Made by a program: the position numbers and the translations under genes. Of a DNA stretch of 64,000 nt, positions 29,113-40,404 are shown piece by piece. The stretch covers positions 1 to 64,000 of the IMG/VR virus record IMGVR_UViG_3300044722_000002, one strand, 5' to 3'. The stretch is from a virus. The notes under the pieces are model-generated. The model saw only the letters and a list, made by a program, of their open reading frames with translations, ran no database searches and was not told the DNA's origin. Each line of letters opens with the position of its first letter. Within the stretch, counting starts at the first letter, position 1.

Positions 29113-29421
29113 TCACTCCCTGCCTCTGTGCGCTTCACGCCACGAAGCGGGACAGCGTGTTTCCTCGATACCCTCTTCAGTGATTCCTTCGATTATCATT
29201 TTGGCCTGTTTCTTAATCTCACGCGCCTTCTCGCACTCCGCACACGCGCAGGTTCTTATGTCGTGCTTGGTGGTCAATGCATGATTTAAGGCAGACAGGA
29301 GGTCGTTAACAACACCCTCCGCTCTATGCGCCCGTTCCATGTAAGTTTTTATGCGTTCACCGCGCGCCTTGAAGCTTGTGCGGTAGATCGCGTCTCGGAT
29401 TTCGCTTGGACGATCATCCAT
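29113..29421 (-). CDS. hypothetical protein
   Basis: ORF with GGAG RBS. Confidence 0.45.
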   Translation of the reverse strand: MDDRPSEIRDAIYRTSFKARGERIKTYMERAHRAEGVVNDLLSALNHALTTKHDIRTCACAECEKAREIKKQAKMIIEGITEEGIEETRCPASWREAHRGRE

Positions 29422-29825
29422 CTTTTAAGTCTCCGGTATTCTCAATAGAGTTGCGCGAAGTTCAGGTCGCTCGACAAGCCGGGGCAGGTTCGACAAGGAT
29501 ACCGTTCGCTCCACACGGCACGTTACCGCTACCTGTCGCCCTCAATGCCCCACGCGACTCATCAGAAAACCAACCAGCCGACCGCTCCCATCCCCGAGAT
29601 AGGTCGTACAGACCGGTTTTACTTAATCTTACTGGATGGCTTTCTGATCAATCGCGCGAACAAGATCATCGAACAGTTGTTTGATCAGGGACTTCAAAGC
29701 GGCTCTCTCTGCCTCCCGCTCACGGACTAACGCCCGGGCAAACTCGCGCCACTGGCTTGCGTCGCCAACTGCCACGTCAGGGCCGCCCAGCAACGTCAAC
29801 ATCATTTCATGTTCATGGCGCAGGC

Positions 29826-30053
29826 TCATTGCTCAGCCCTCTCGGCCCGTACGCCCGCGTAGGGATTATAACCGTCATTGCGCGCATCGCGGCACCACTT
29901 AAACCTGCTGCCGTTGCGAGCAAAGTCACCGTAAGGAGCACGGAGCATTTCACGGACACCCAACGCAATCGCGTCTCGCTTTGTTTCAGCCGTGATCTCA
30001 ATCACGTCGCAGCCATATTCCGTTGGCCCAGTGCCGTAATCGAGAACCGGCAC
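29826..30053 (-). CDS. hypothetical protein
   Basis: Coupled ORF with RBS. Confidence 0.45.
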   Translation of the reverse strand: MPVLDYGTGPTEYGCDVIEITAETKRDAIALGVREMLRAPYGDFARNGSRFKWCRDARNDGYNPYAGVRAERAEQ

Positions 30054-30320
30054 GACTACTCCGTATTCAGGGGTGATAACTAACCAGCGTTTCAGACGTG
30101 TTATTGCTCAACCCTCTCTTACCGTTCCGGCAATCAGCATCGTCACTGGCTCAGGCGTGTCCACCTCAGCGGTTACCCAGTAGAGCGCAGGATCATCCAG
30201 GGTAATGGACATGCTTTTCAAAAGCAAATTCTTTAGCTTGGGATGGTTTCATCCAAGAGGCTCCCGAGCAGTTCCATTCGCCTTTAGGGCCTACCGCGAC
30301 TGCGATTTTAATTTGAACCT

Positions 30321-30728
30321 TCATACCGTCACGACCCGCTGTTCTTCAACGCGCTCGACTTCTTCCGTGATCGTAATAAACCCCAGCTTCTCTTCCTCCA
30401 TGTATAGCCAGTCCGCGATTGCTTCGCGCGTCCAGCGATGCTCGTCGTTTAGATGGACTATCGCGTCAACGGCGTGCGAATAATTAAAACTTCCACGCGG
30501 GCACCTTAAGTTCGGGCATTCATTGAAAAGAATCTTTTGAAGATAGGAAAACTCAGCACAAACAGCCTCGCGCACCTCCCCGGTCCGGGCCCCTCTCTTG
30601 CCCGCTATAGCCTCGTACCCCGCGCCAAGCGCGCAACTTCCACCCTTGGAAAACGTAGCGGTAAACGTTTGCAGTCTCAACTTTGCTCCATCCCTGATCG
30701 CCTCCGAAAAACAACAGTGCTGTTTCAT
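30321..30728 (-). CDS. hypothetical phage protein
   Basis: CALGA...IVHLND...WTREAIADWL pattern. Confidence 0.6.
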   Translation of the reverse strand: MKQHCCFSEAIRDGAKLRLQTFTATFSKGGSCALGAGYEAIAGKRGARTGEVREAVCAEFSYLQKILFNECPNLRCPRGSFNYSHAVDAIVHLNDEHRWTREAIADWLYMEEEKLGFITITEEVERVEEQRVVTV

Positions 30729-30941
30729 CTCGTTCTCCTCTTAACCCACTAAGTATCCCACCAAATACCCCAACCCGATCAGCCCACAGAGACACAACAC
30801 CACCCGTCCCGTGCTCCACCGCTCTCGTTTGAACCGTATCCCTGACGAGTACACCGGTCGCACGCTGCTGGTTATCTGTGCCGTCTGGTAGTAGCGAGGC
30901 TTGCGTTCGATGTAGTTGAAATTCCAGTTAAGGCTCATAGC

Positions 30942-31382
30942 TTATGCTGCTTTCCTTTTCTGCTGCTTGTCGATTTTCGCGGCCCTCTCGACGATCAGAT
31001 CACAGGCGGCGTCGAATAAGACGTTATCCAGCGCGGGCGGCTCTTCGTAGTCGTTGCATTCGTAACACTCACACCCGCTGCCATGTGTGTTTGGACGATC
31101 TACCGATAGCCCGATTAACTGTTCACGGAGACTGTCGGCTTGCGCGAACTTGAAATTCTTAAGAAAGTCGGTGAAAGAGTTCAGATCGGATCGTCGTCCT
31201 CCGCCTGCGTCAAAGTTGCAGCCACCGTTATTTCCAACGTCGTAAACCACGTTACCCATAACGCGCAACATTTCGCCCGCCTCGGTTTCCGCTTCACCGA
31301 CATCTGGAACGAGTTTTTGGACAAGTCGGTCATAAGTCTTTTGACGTTTGCCGTTGCTGTACCAGTATTTCATTAGAGACAT
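30942..31382 (-). CDS. hypothetical protein
   Basis: GEMLR...YDVGNNG pattern; GGAG RBS. Confidence 0.55.
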   Translation of the reverse strand: MSLMKYWYSNGKRQKTYDRLVQKLVPDVGEAETEAGEMLRVMGNVVYDVGNNGGCNFDAGGGRRSDLNSFTDFLKNFKFAQADSLREQLIGLSVDRPNTHGSGCECYECNDYEEPPALDNVLFDAACDLIVERAAKIDKQQKRKAA

Positions 31383-31447
31383 CTCCCTTGCTTTGTACCT
31401 CGATAGGTAACGTAGGAATAGGAGTAGTTGATCATTTCGCTTGCTCT

Positions 31448-31900
31448 TTACTCTGTTACTTTACCCGTGTTGAGAATGTGGGTTAAGTAACGAATTGCCA
31501 CCCGTGCCTGTCCGCGTTGTGTTTTGGCTTTTTCCCACTGAGAGTTGAACGGACTGGGCCATGCGTGCTCAGGTGAAGGATCGAATAAAACCGCTCGCTC
31601 TGTGCGGTACTCAGACACCCAGTTCTCCCCTGTGAGACCTAAACTCTCGGCAGCGCGATCTAGATCAACTCTTGCCCACTTAAGACTACCCCTTCCTGAG
31701 AGTATGTCTGCCCAACCCCCAATACACGCGGCTGTACCGCAAGGAGCATTGTCGTCAAAGATCGCTTCCTGTCCCTGATCGTAGGCCATCGGAGCCGCTT
31801 CCAGTTTCCTGATCACCTTGCGGAACAACGCAAAGTTCAACGGTGGTAATCCAGCCTGCTTGCGTTCCGAGTTAATCTGCCGTGATGTTTTCTTTTTCAT
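31448..31900 (-). CDS. hypothetical phage protein
   Basis: CGTAACIGGWA motif. Confidence 0.6.
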   Translation of the reverse strand: MKKKTSRQINSERKQAGLPPLNFALFRKVIRKLEAAPMAYDQGQEAIFDDNAPCGTAACIGGWADILSGRGSLKWARVDLDRAAESLGLTGENWVSEYRTERAVLFDPSPEHAWPSPFNSQWEKAKTQRGQARVAIRYLTHILNTGKVTE

Positions 31901-32102
31901 TTCACCCTCTCCATTGAGTAAGAAGCAAATCGTTTACCGTTCTTCTTGATCATTGCCGAGAGAATCTTATGGCCCTCTCGTTTCAAGTCCCACACTCTTG
32001 CGCCGAGACGGAAACAACCAAACTCTCCTAAAGCCCCTCCGTCTGGCTATTCGCTCTGCGATAGGCGCAAACGGATTCAAGCTGGCGAGATTAGCCGATA
32101 GT

Positions 32103-32567
32103 CTACCAGCGTGAACGAACAAAAGTATCGGTAGCAAGAGGTCTGCACCTCGTCGCGGCTGCAAGTGTCGCGACGAGGTGTTTGACTGTCTGGTTGGTTC
32201 TTATGCGCGCTTCCTCGGGCGTGGCGCATTCGCTGGCGTCGATCTCCACGATCCAGTTATCCTCGTGAACAAGGTCACGTTCAGGATTCCATACTGGGAA
32301 CATTGCAAATCCCGCCGTCAGAATGCCCGGCAACGCAGTTCGCGAAATCTCCCGAATCCAACTATGGAGTAGAGCCCGATCCAGGGCCACGAAAACCACG
32401 TTCGGCTTGGCGTGGCGGAACTCTTGCGGTCTAAAATGACCTTCGCATGAGGAAACCGTATCAAACCCTTGTTCGCGCATAGCTGTGACAAGGATGGCGA
32501 TCCCGGCGTCTATTTCACCAGCAAGCGGGTTGATTGACTCTGTTATTGATTTTGCGAGCCTTGGCAT
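32103..32567 (-). CDS. TYW3-like fold protein
   Basis: IDAGIAILV...FDTVSSCEGH motif. Confidence 0.55.
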   Translation of the reverse strand: MPRLAKSITESINPLAGEIDAGIAILVTAMREQGFDTVSSCEGHFRPQEFRHAKPNVVFVALDRALLHSWIREISRTALPGILTAGFAMFPVWNPERDLVHEDNWIVEIDASECATPEEARIRTNQTVKHLVATLAAATRCRPLATDTFVRSRW

Positions 32568-32775
32568 TGGGACAGTCTACCCCAGAGCCTTTATTTTTGG
32601 GATTTCAAATTAAGACACTACCGGAGCCACGATACGCCACAGGGGATCGCCGATCCATCTGGTAACATTGCGAGCGCGAGTCTTTGCAGCGTCCGCGCTA
32701 ACGTGCGTAGAGTGCCCGCGCCACGACGTGCCGTTGATCCCTCTTTCCAGCCGCCACATGTTCACTTCTTCTCCT

Positions 32776-33518
<743 letters not shown>

Positions 33519-33522
<4 letters not shown>

Positions 33523-34010
33523 TGCTGCTCTTTCTCCTTCATCAGCCAGTTGAAAATCTTCATCAGGTTTTTGCCGTCGGGAACCGTCTCGCCATTTTCA
33601 ATTCGACTTATCGACGGGGCGGACAATCCTATTTCTCGGCCGGCCCCGCGGAGGCCAAGCCGCGACATTGCCCGCCACTTGTACAGCACGTCACCTAAAT
33701 TCAAGGTAACTGGCTCAAGGCAAGGCGACGTACCGTTCCAGCTCGGCTTAAGGCTAGCAATATAAAAGTCCTCGCCGCTCTCAATGTCCGCACACGGCAT
33801 TGCGTCCCAGTAGATTCGCACCCCTGTCAAATTCTTAATCCATTGCCATCGCATGTGCGTAGCCCAGCGCACGCGCAGGTTTACCGATCGACCAACGTAT
33901 AAAACCTCCTGCTCGTCTGAAACCACAATATAAACACCAGATGAATCAGGCAGAGACGCTCTTTCCTCTGCTGGAAGAGACGGCAATTGGAACAGCTTAC
34001 ACTCGGTCAT
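33519..34010 (-). CDS. GIY-YIG nuclease domain fused to XRE HTH
   Basis: SGVYIV...LYVGRSVNLRVRW..H...LKPSWN; then GLRGAGREIGLSAPSISRIENG. Confidence 0.75.
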
Positions 34011-34219
34011 TTCTTCCTCCATCTCGCGTTAGCCGCGTTGGTGGCGATTTCCTTCCGCCGTTTCTTGCTCAGCTTTTTAGCCCGCGCCGCGCCCCCCGCA
34101 CGTGCGCCATTCATTAGCCGCTCGAAACTGTCCGCAAGTTTCTCCATGCCCTTGATCGTTCGGAGCTTGGCGACATTGCGCCTCGCTCTCAACTCCGTGT
34201 CTGCTGTTTTCTTGTTCAT
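34007..34219 (-). CDS. small basic nucleic-acid-binding protein
   Basis: GGAARAKKLSKKRRKEIATNAANARW motif. Confidence 0.65.
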   Translation of the reverse strand: MNKKTADTELRARRNVAKLRTIKGMEKLADSFERLMNGARAGGAARAKKLSKKRRKEIATNAANARWRKK

Positions 34220-34227
34220 GGGCAGTA

Positions 34228-34256
34228 AGCATAGCTTAGAGGGTAAGCAGTGTCAA
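34228..34256 (-). promoter_or_regulatory. sigma70 promoter, leaderless
   Basis: TTGACA-N17-TATGCT, 8 nt before ATG 34219. Confidence 0.7.
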
Positions 34257-34259
34257 TAC

Positions 34260-34715
34260 TTATTTTTCAACCAGCGGATTATTTTTATTCAGGCTGGAAT
34301 AGCGGGTAAATAAATCTCCGAGTTCGGTTGCGCCCCATTTGTGGGTATGGTTGTTTTGTTCGATTAGACGATCAATCGTGCCCTGTCCGAACCTGGCGAG
34401 CATCCACTTGTAGTACAGAACGACATTGCCTTGTGCGCCGACATTACAGCCATAACATTGTGGCCAAACCCCGGTCTCGTTAAAGAGAGTTGCGTTTAGT
34501 CGGCCTCTGATAAAATGTCCCGCCTGAAGGTCGCGCCAGAACTTTCTAACTCCACAGGTTACGCAAGTGTTCCAACCTTCAGAGTCTGCTCCGCGAGTTC
34601 GGATGAAGATTGAAAACTGAACCCATACCTTCTTTTTGGTCTGGCTAACTGAGGGTTTTTTCTTCTTGACAGACTTTGACTTGAAAGCGGTTCGCTTCAT
34701 AAAACCGCGTTTCAT
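34260..34715 (-). CDS. ninG: NinG/Rap-family recombination endonuclease
   Basis: FSIFIRTR...CVTCG...QAGHFI...QCYGCN motifs. Confidence 0.85.
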   Translation of the reverse strand: MKRGFMKRTAFKSKSVKKKKPSVSQTKKKVWVQFSIFIRTRGADSEGWNTCVTCGVRKFWRDLQAGHFIRGRLNATLFNETGVWPQCYGCNVGAQGNVVLYYKWMLARFGQGTIDRLIEQNNHTHKWGATELGDLFTRYSSLNKNNPLVEK

Positions 34716-35190
34716 ATCTTTACTCGGTAGTTTCTGAATTGTGGGCCAGACTTCATTTTATCGACCTTCCGCATTCGGGATCGTGGGCCACGTGCTTTAA
34801 CTTCGCTACTGATTGTCTCAAGCTGACTACCCCACGATCTTCCCGAAGTAAGTTTTCCAATACAACAGTCGCCGATTATCCCAAGACCAGGTACGTCAAC
34901 AGCCATTACGTCCTCTTCTGGTATCTTCCGTCCACAGGGAGTACCAGGTACACCAAAGCATCTAGAAACCATTTCGTTCTCTCCGATCTCGTGGGGTAAC
35001 AAGTTCAACCTTCTGTCCGCATTTTTTACAAACAGGAAATCCGTTAGCAAGACAATCCGCGATCTCTGAAACAGAGCAAGGGCGTTCTTTATCACAGAGA
35101 TTACACCTGAGAGTTGAGCCGTCAGGGAAAGCATGTTGGGCGATCATTTTCAGAGCGCGCCCGGCTACAGATTTGAATGATTCCGGTTGG

Positions 35191-35631
35191 CTATAATTCA
35201 TGTGAACACGTTCGCGCCGCGTCATAGCCATTTTGCTGTTTAACTATTTCGTACCCGGTGTTAAAGCATCGTTCGCAAAACCCGTGCGTGATCTGTTTAT
35301 GGCCAGAACGGTTCGACGCAGACGCGGACTCTCTAATCGCATTCAGTGCCGCGCATAGCTCGGAAGCGTCGAGTGGATAACTGGACAGCCTTGTTCGTCG
35401 AGCATGAAGATAACAATCGTTCAGCAGGATTTCAGGTACGTGGCCGTACAGGACTTCAAGCCATCCGGCAGTAGCAACTTTCAGCTCAGTGGCTGACAGT
35501 GGCATCCCAACTGGGCGTGACTTCGTGATTATTTCCGCCACCTTCGCCGCGTAGCTCTGCGATGACCTCGAAGCTCTCTCTAAGGTTTCGTTCTGACTTT
35601 GATTCAGGGTGTTCAGGGTGTCCATTTCCAT
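35191..35631 (-). CDS. replication protein P-like / helicase loader
   Basis: Follows the initiator; WLEVL...YP...EL pattern and CERCFNTG zinc motif. Confidence 0.55.
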   Translation of the reverse strand: MEMDTLNTLNQSQNETLERASRSSQSYAAKVAEIITKSRPVGMPLSATELKVATAGWLEVLYGHVPEILLNDCYLHARRTRLSSYPLDASELCAALNAIRESASASNRSGHKQITHGFCERCFNTGYEIVKQQNGYDAARTCSHEL

Positions 35632-36391
35632 TTTGCGCCCTCGCTATAAACTGTTCCACGTGTTTTACGTCCCGGCAGATAAGTTCAATGTCATCGTAAA
35701 CCGCCCCGGAGTCATTTTGCCCTTGGTGGTAAGGTGACGCCCGACAACCCGCGACCGCCAGCGTGAGATCGTCAACCGAAAACCCGTCAACAAGGCGAGC
35801 CTCAATCTTACTTAGCCGCTCCTTGCTTAATCTTGCGCTGGGGTGATTCATAACCACCTTCCACTTCTCAAACACTAAATGCGCTTTATTCTCAGAAGAA
35901 GTCTCAGTTGTAGTCTCTTGGTTAGTCTCAGTAAAGGATGCCGCCATTTTGGCGTGATCGGATGACGACAACTTGGCGCGATCCATAGCGCCAACTTGGC
36001 GTGTTCCATGCCGCCATTTTGGCGTCCTCGATGACGACAACTTGGCGTGATCCAGAACCATACGGTCAGAGAGTTTGCCTAGCTCCTCGTATTCAACTGA
36101 ATACCAGTTTTTTTGGTCTCGATCGGTGGCTGTGAATTGGTGAACGACGATGAGATTTTGATCCAGTAGGCTGCGGACTATTCTTTGCATCGTTCGGAGT
36201 GACCAAAAGGGAAATTGCTCATGCCACTCCTCATAGGTGTTGTATGTCCATCGACGCTCATCGTGTTCGTGTCTGGACTTCACTAGCCAGTAGTGGAGCT
36301 GCTGAAGGAATATTGCTTCGTTTAGCCCGATCTGTTTGGCGAGCTGGGGTAAGACCTGAAGGGGCTGTTCGTCGATAAGTAGTTTCGGCAA
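35486..36391 (-). CDS. phage replication initiator (lambda O-like)
   Basis: LAKQIGLNEAIFLQQLHYW...WTYNTYEEW...FPFWS wHTH; internal iterons; C-terminal YDDIELICRD..VEQF. Confidence 0.85.
   Translation of the reverse strand: MPKLLIDEQPLQVLPQLAKQIGLNEAIFLQQLHYWLVKSRHEHDERRWTYNTYEEWHEQFPFWSLRTMQRIVRSLLDQNLIVVHQFTATDRDQKNWYSVEYEELGKLSDRMVLDHAKLSSSRTPKWRHGTRQVGAMDRAKLSSSDHAKMAASFTETNQETTTETSSENKAHLVFEKWKVVMNHPSARLSKERLSKIEARLVDGFSVDDLTLAVAGCRASPYHQGQNDSGAVYDDIELICRDVKHVEQFIARAQNGNGHPEHPESKSERNLRESFEVIAELRGEGGGNNHEVTPSWDATVSH
35942..36047. repeat. replication origin iterons (5 copies, 23-24 bp period)
   Basis: CG(C/A)CA(TT/AC)TTGGCG at 35942, 35966, 35989, 36012 and 36035, inside the initiator gene. 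Confidence 0.8.
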
Positions 36392-36412
36392 TAGGTGTGC
36401 TCCTACGAAAAA

Positions 36413-36505
36413 GCGACTAACAGAATCGCGTCACGTCTTTTGCCCGCCTTCTCTTGGACCCGAGTAGTCAAGATAAGCTGACGCAAACGCGACTCTGTTA
36501 GTCGC
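36413..36505 (-). promoter_or_regulatory. long stem-loop leader upstream of the initiator gene
   Basis: GCGACTAACAGAATCGCG / CGCGACTCTGTTAGTCGC inverted repeat. Confidence 0.5.
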
Positions 36506-36647
36506 ACTCGGAATGGAATAACCGGGGCAAATCGGTGTTTCTCAAAAGCTCAGAACTAAGCTACAGAGAAGTTATCAAAGAACCGTTTCGGAATCAATGA
36601 AAAAGTTTGGGGGCACCCTCCCAGCAGGTGCCCTTCCTTCCAAAAAG

Positions 36648-37268
36648 TCAGAACGGGATTTCGTTATCGTCATCGGAGAAATCGGACTTAGTGTCCGGCT
36701 GTCCGTAGTTGCCGTCGGCGATGTCGGGGTACTCCTCCGACTTTTCGATAATCTTCTTGATCCCGTCGCTTAGTTGGTTGAATTTGTCCTCATCATACTC
36801 GTCCAGCCAAAAAGCTGACGACGGGTTTATTTGTTCCGGGCATTGTGTGTTCTTAGGTAGACCCATGACGCCCGCAATCTTTGTTTTTCCGTTTTCCCCG
36901 CCCACGATTGTCAGCATACAGGGTTTACTGAGGATGCTTTCGAGATCAAACCGGCGAAGTTCATCGTCGGTGAAAACCCTCCCACGCCACGACTCAAGGT
37001 CTTTTCGCAGGTTAGCCTTTTCTCCCAGCGAATTCGTGTAGAACCTGCTCGTGGTAATCGGTACTTGTTTACCTTCGATTTCGATGGTCTCCTCGGGCAG
37101 TTCCCATGAAATCAATACCTGGCTTCGGCGTGTTGGTTGCCCTTTGTACTCTCCGTGCTGTGTTCCTAGGTCCGTGATTCGGAAGCAGCGCGCAAGGTGT
37201 GTTCCGGTTGGTGCTGGCGTAAAAGAACCGCCTCCACTGTCACTAGCGTAACGTCCCATGATATTCAT
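36648..37268 (-). CDS. single-stranded DNA-binding protein
   Basis: GTHLARCFRITDLGTQ...SLGEKANLRKDLESWRG; acidic tail DDDNEIPF. Confidence 0.8.
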   Translation of the reverse strand: MNIMGRYASDSGGGSFTPAPTGTHLARCFRITDLGTQHGEYKGQPTRRSQVLISWELPEETIEIEGKQVPITTSRFYTNSLGEKANLRKDLESWRGRVFTDDELRRFDLESILSKPCMLTIVGGENGKTKIAGVMGLPKNTQCPEQINPSSAFWLDEYDEDKFNQLSDGIKKIIEKSEEYPDIADGNYGQPDTKSDFSDDDNEIPF

Positions 37269-37286
37269 TCTCCTTCTTCTACTGGT

Positions 37287-38066
37287 TTATGTGATTTTTA
37301 CTTCACCCGCGCCTAGTTTTAGGCAGGGGGATCGGAAATCGCAATATTGACAGGGCCAGCGAGTAATTGCGGGGTTGTCAAGGATTTTCCCTTGGTATTC
37401 TCGATCCGGTATCCGGCCCTCACTCACCGTCTCGACAATCTGTTTCAGTCTGGCGATCTCCGCTTGAATCTCCGTCTCCCATTGTTCGATCTTAAATCTC
37501 CATTCCCAGGTTACGACTTCGTCTTTCGTCGCGGTCTTTCTCGCGTAGACGATAGCCAGGTACTCAGCGTCAAGACCCTTAGCGGAGATTCCTACCTGTA
37601 AGATATGCTCTATCTTCGGCCCTTCGCCAACTTGATCTTTCTTGTTCCATTGACCGTTACTCTTGAGCTTTGCCCCGGTAGCTAGCTTGAACCCAAAATC
37701 GCTTGTCGTTTTGATTTCACAGCAGACTTTTTTGGAATCTTCCGCTAGGTAACTCAGATCAGCTCGACATGTGATAAAATCTCCGATTACTCCGTTGACC
37801 TCAGCCTTCGCTCCGGGCACCTTTACTAGCAGGGCGGTTTGAATTAGATCGTGAACCGCGTTCCCGATGTGGAAATTGAATAGCGAGTCTCCGGTCAGCG
37901 GTGCCCCTTCAAGGCCCGTAATTCTGAAAGCGATAGCACGGGCACATCCACCGGCAGAAGAAGCGTTAGCGTGCAGTTTCCCCTCAAGTAAGGACGGCGG
38001 CCGGGTTCGCTTCGTCCGCTCAGACTCAAGATACTCGAATACGATTTTTTCTACGGTTGGCAACAT
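37287..38066 (-). CDS. PD-(D/E)XK (Cas4-like) exonuclease
   Basis: ASSAGGCAR, GNAVH, ADL...EIKT, Q, CQYCDFRSPC motifs. Confidence 0.8.
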   Translation of the reverse strand: MLPTVEKIVFEYLESERTKRTRPPSLLEGKLHANASSAGGCARAIAFRITGLEGAPLTGDSLFNFHIGNAVHDLIQTALLVKVPGAKAEVNGVIGDFITCRADLSYLAEDSKKVCCEIKTTSDFGFKLATGAKLKSNGQWNKKDQVGEGPKIEHILQVGISAKGLDAEYLAIVYARKTATKDEVVTWEWRFKIEQWETEIQAEIARLKQIVETVSEGRIPDREYQGKILDNPAITRWPCQYCDFRSPCLKLGAGEVKIT

Positions 38067-38092
38067 AGGACTATCCTTATCAAAAGCTGGGT

Positions 38093-38299
38093 TTATAAAT
38101 TGTTATCTTCTCTCCACGGTAGTCCGTTACGCTTCGCCCATTCTTGAATGAATAGAAGCAGGGATTGATCCCCAAAGTGGTTTGCGTAGTTGTAAATCGC
38201 TCTTTCAAGATCAGCGGAGATTGCGGCATTCAGTCGAATCCCCTCTTCTACGTCTCCGACATAGGCCTCGAAATCAAAATCCGGGAGTTCTGTGTCCAT
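38093..38299 (-). CDS. hypothetical protein
   Basis: Coupled ORF. Confidence 0.45.
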   Translation of the reverse strand: MDTELPDFDFEAYVGDVEEGIRLNAAISADLERAIYNYANHFGDQSLLLFIQEWAKRNGLPWREDNNL

Positions 38300-38645
38300 G
38301 CCTTACCCCTTCTGTCCCAACCCGAGCACCCTCATCGATCCATTTAAGGCGCGACTGGTGAACCGTAAGCAGCGATTCAATAGCGCGAATTCTTTCCTTT
38401 GCGGAGTCGCGTATGCTCTCGGCGATTCGCGCTTCCCTCATGTACTTCTGACACGCTAGCGTAGCTTCGGCTTCTCTGACTTTTTGGGTTCCTTCTGCGC
38501 GAAGTAAGGACTTGGACCACTCAACATCATAGTCGGTTCGAGCGTCAGCCGCGACTCGACACAGGCCTTCAAAGTCTTGGGTTAGATCGTCCAGATTGGT
38601 GGCCAGCCGGACGAGTTCTTTTTCAATTTGAATTAAGTCGCTCAT
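38274..38645 (-). CDS. helical recombination-mediator-like (UvsY-like) protein
   Basis: Coiled-coil with GTQKVREAEA; adjacent to the nuclease and SSB genes. Confidence 0.45.
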   Translation of the reverse strand: MSDLIQIEKELVRLATNLDDLTQDFEGLCRVAADARTDYDVEWSKSLLRAEGTQKVREAEATLACQKYMREARIAESIRDSAKERIRAIESLLTVHQSRLKWIDEGARVGTEGVRHGHRTPGF

Positions 38646-38884
38646 GGTTTTTGTGACTGGCGTTTAGCTTCCAGTGCCGCAAAGCAAATTGCAGTCGGCA
38701 ACGATAAATCGGTAGCATGTCCCGCCGTTCTCAAAAAGAAGATCGTCGCTTCCGTATGGCGTCCATCCCATTAGACGCGCAACCGCCGCGTTGAACTCTC
38801 TCCACCCCAAGACCGCTCGTCCGTCCGCTTCGGCGGCTAGTTCCCCTTCAAGGTTCGCTAGTGAGTTCTGTGTTTCATTTTCCA

Positions 38885-39208
38885 TTAACTCTTCTCCTGA
38901 ATCTCTCGCCTTACAGCTTCAATCGCAGCAACCGCCGCATCTTCCATGTCTGCTTCGGGAGACTCGTCGTACTCCCTGCGTATTAACTGCGCCGTGTTTC
39001 TATGCGACTCTTCCCAGCGGTGGCAGGTATCGACCACGTTCGCCGTGCAGTCTTTCTGGGCGGCAGCTAGCGCGGACTCACAATCAGCCAGCTTTGGGCG
39101 CAGAGTGTTCAGTTGTAATTCGCAGCCTCTTAGCCGCTCAATTTCCGCGTCCTTGTAAGCGACAGCTAACAGTAGATCGTCATAATCACGTTCTCTATTC
39201 ATGGTCAA
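38885..39208 (-). CDS. hypothetical coiled-coil protein
   Basis: ORF with RBS. Confidence 0.45.
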   Translation of the reverse strand: MTMNRERDYDDLLLAVAYKDAEIERLRGCELQLNTLRPKLADCESALAAAQKDCTANVVDTCHRWEESHRNTAQLIRREYDESPEADMEDAAVAAIEAVRREIQEKS

Positions 39209-39406
39209 TCCTTTCCGCGATCAATAACGCCGCTCCCCAAATTGAGAAAAACAATATCCATGCTCCTGACACGGCGGCACCCTCGTATTGGTGTAAGACG
39301 GCGAAACGCGTAAAGATTGCTAGCATTAGCGTCGCCATAAGGAAAAAAATCAGGGAATTACGCATCCTTCACCTTCCTTTCAAGTATTCGCCTTGAGTTC
39401 GTCGTT

Positions 39407-39742
39407 TTATAGGGCCTCGTAGCCATCGTGCTGAATAGATAGAGCGTCATCAAACCTGACTGAATTATCAAAACACCATTCCTTGATCACCTTGCGTTGT
39501 CTAGCAGTCGGACGCTTCTCGCAAATCCATGTTTGCGTTGGCGCATGAAGCCGAATCCAGCCAAGCGATTCTAAGTATTCGTAGCCGTATTCTGATTCGC
39601 TGCGGTGGAAATCTTCGTACTTCCCGATCTCTTTCAAAATGTCAAACGCTTCGCTTTCGTGGTTGGGCCAGCACTCTCTTATTTCGCCGCCAGGGGAAAG
39701 CCAGCACTGGCGCAACTGCCGGAAGTCAATATCGGCATTCAT
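39407..39742 (-). CDS. hypothetical protein
   Basis: WLSPGG...H...LGWIRL pattern. Confidence 0.55.
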   Translation of the reverse strand: MNADIDFRQLRQCWLSPGGEIRECWPNHESEAFDILKEIGKYEDFHRSESEYGYEYLESLGWIRLHAPTQTWICEKRPTARQRKVIKEWCFDNSVRFDDALSIQHDGYEAL

Positions 39743-40248
39743 GCTTCAACCTTCCTTTCAATCCAGATTTAGACCGCCCGGCTGTTGAGTTGAAGGCCGC
39801 GTCGAAACGCCTCACCGGACGTGTGTATCATTTTTTCCTTTCAATCCACGCATCAATCAACGCTTCAATCTCTCCACCCAACTCCTCTGCCGCCGCATCC
39901 CACTCAGCGTTACTCAGTGTGGGCCAGAGGGGTGATTCGCGAATACGGGAGTAGGCAAAGTCCGTGGCGGCACTCTGGACGCGCCTGAACCACTGTTGTT
40001 GCATGGTTTCCAGTTGTCGCAAAAACATCTGTTCGCGTCGATCATGGATAGTGTTCTTCATTTTGCCTCCACGGTTTCGTCTTTCAGGTTCAACGCAATA
40101 ACGTCCCCCGCTTCGTGGGTACAGTGCCCGCGCGTCAACCTCGCCGTACTCGCCGTCCATCGTTACCACCCGCGCGGTTCCGAGCACGACGTTATGGGAC
40201 AGACACCGCACTTTCAGCGGCTGTCCGGTTGTATTAGCGATCCACCAG

Positions 40249-40404
40249 TCACGATTTGTTATGTTTGCCATTGCCATCCTTCCGTCTTTTGATATCCCAG
40301 TAAGGCGAATTACAGCTTGCGCAGGTGCGCGGTTTCTCGGTTGCGCGCGGCCACCATTTATGACCACAGCGGAGACAGAGTAGCTGTTTAAGAGTTTCAG
40401 CCAT
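40249..40404 (-). CDS. small zinc-ribbon protein (paralog of 44782-44973)
   Basis: CLRCGHKWWPR...PRTCASCNSPYWD; GAGG RBS. Confidence 0.7.
   Translation of the reverse strand: MAETLKQLLCLRCGHKWWPRATEKPRTCASCNSPYWDIKRRKDGNGKHNKS

Noticed and set aside
35942-36047. Periodic repeat as a mini CRISPR array
   Set aside because: Spacers are only about 10 bp and the repeat is inside the initiator gene, which fits iterons
37287-38066. Cas4-like nuclease as part of a CRISPR system
   Set aside because: No repeat-spacer array or other cas genes; it sits in a recombination module beside SSB
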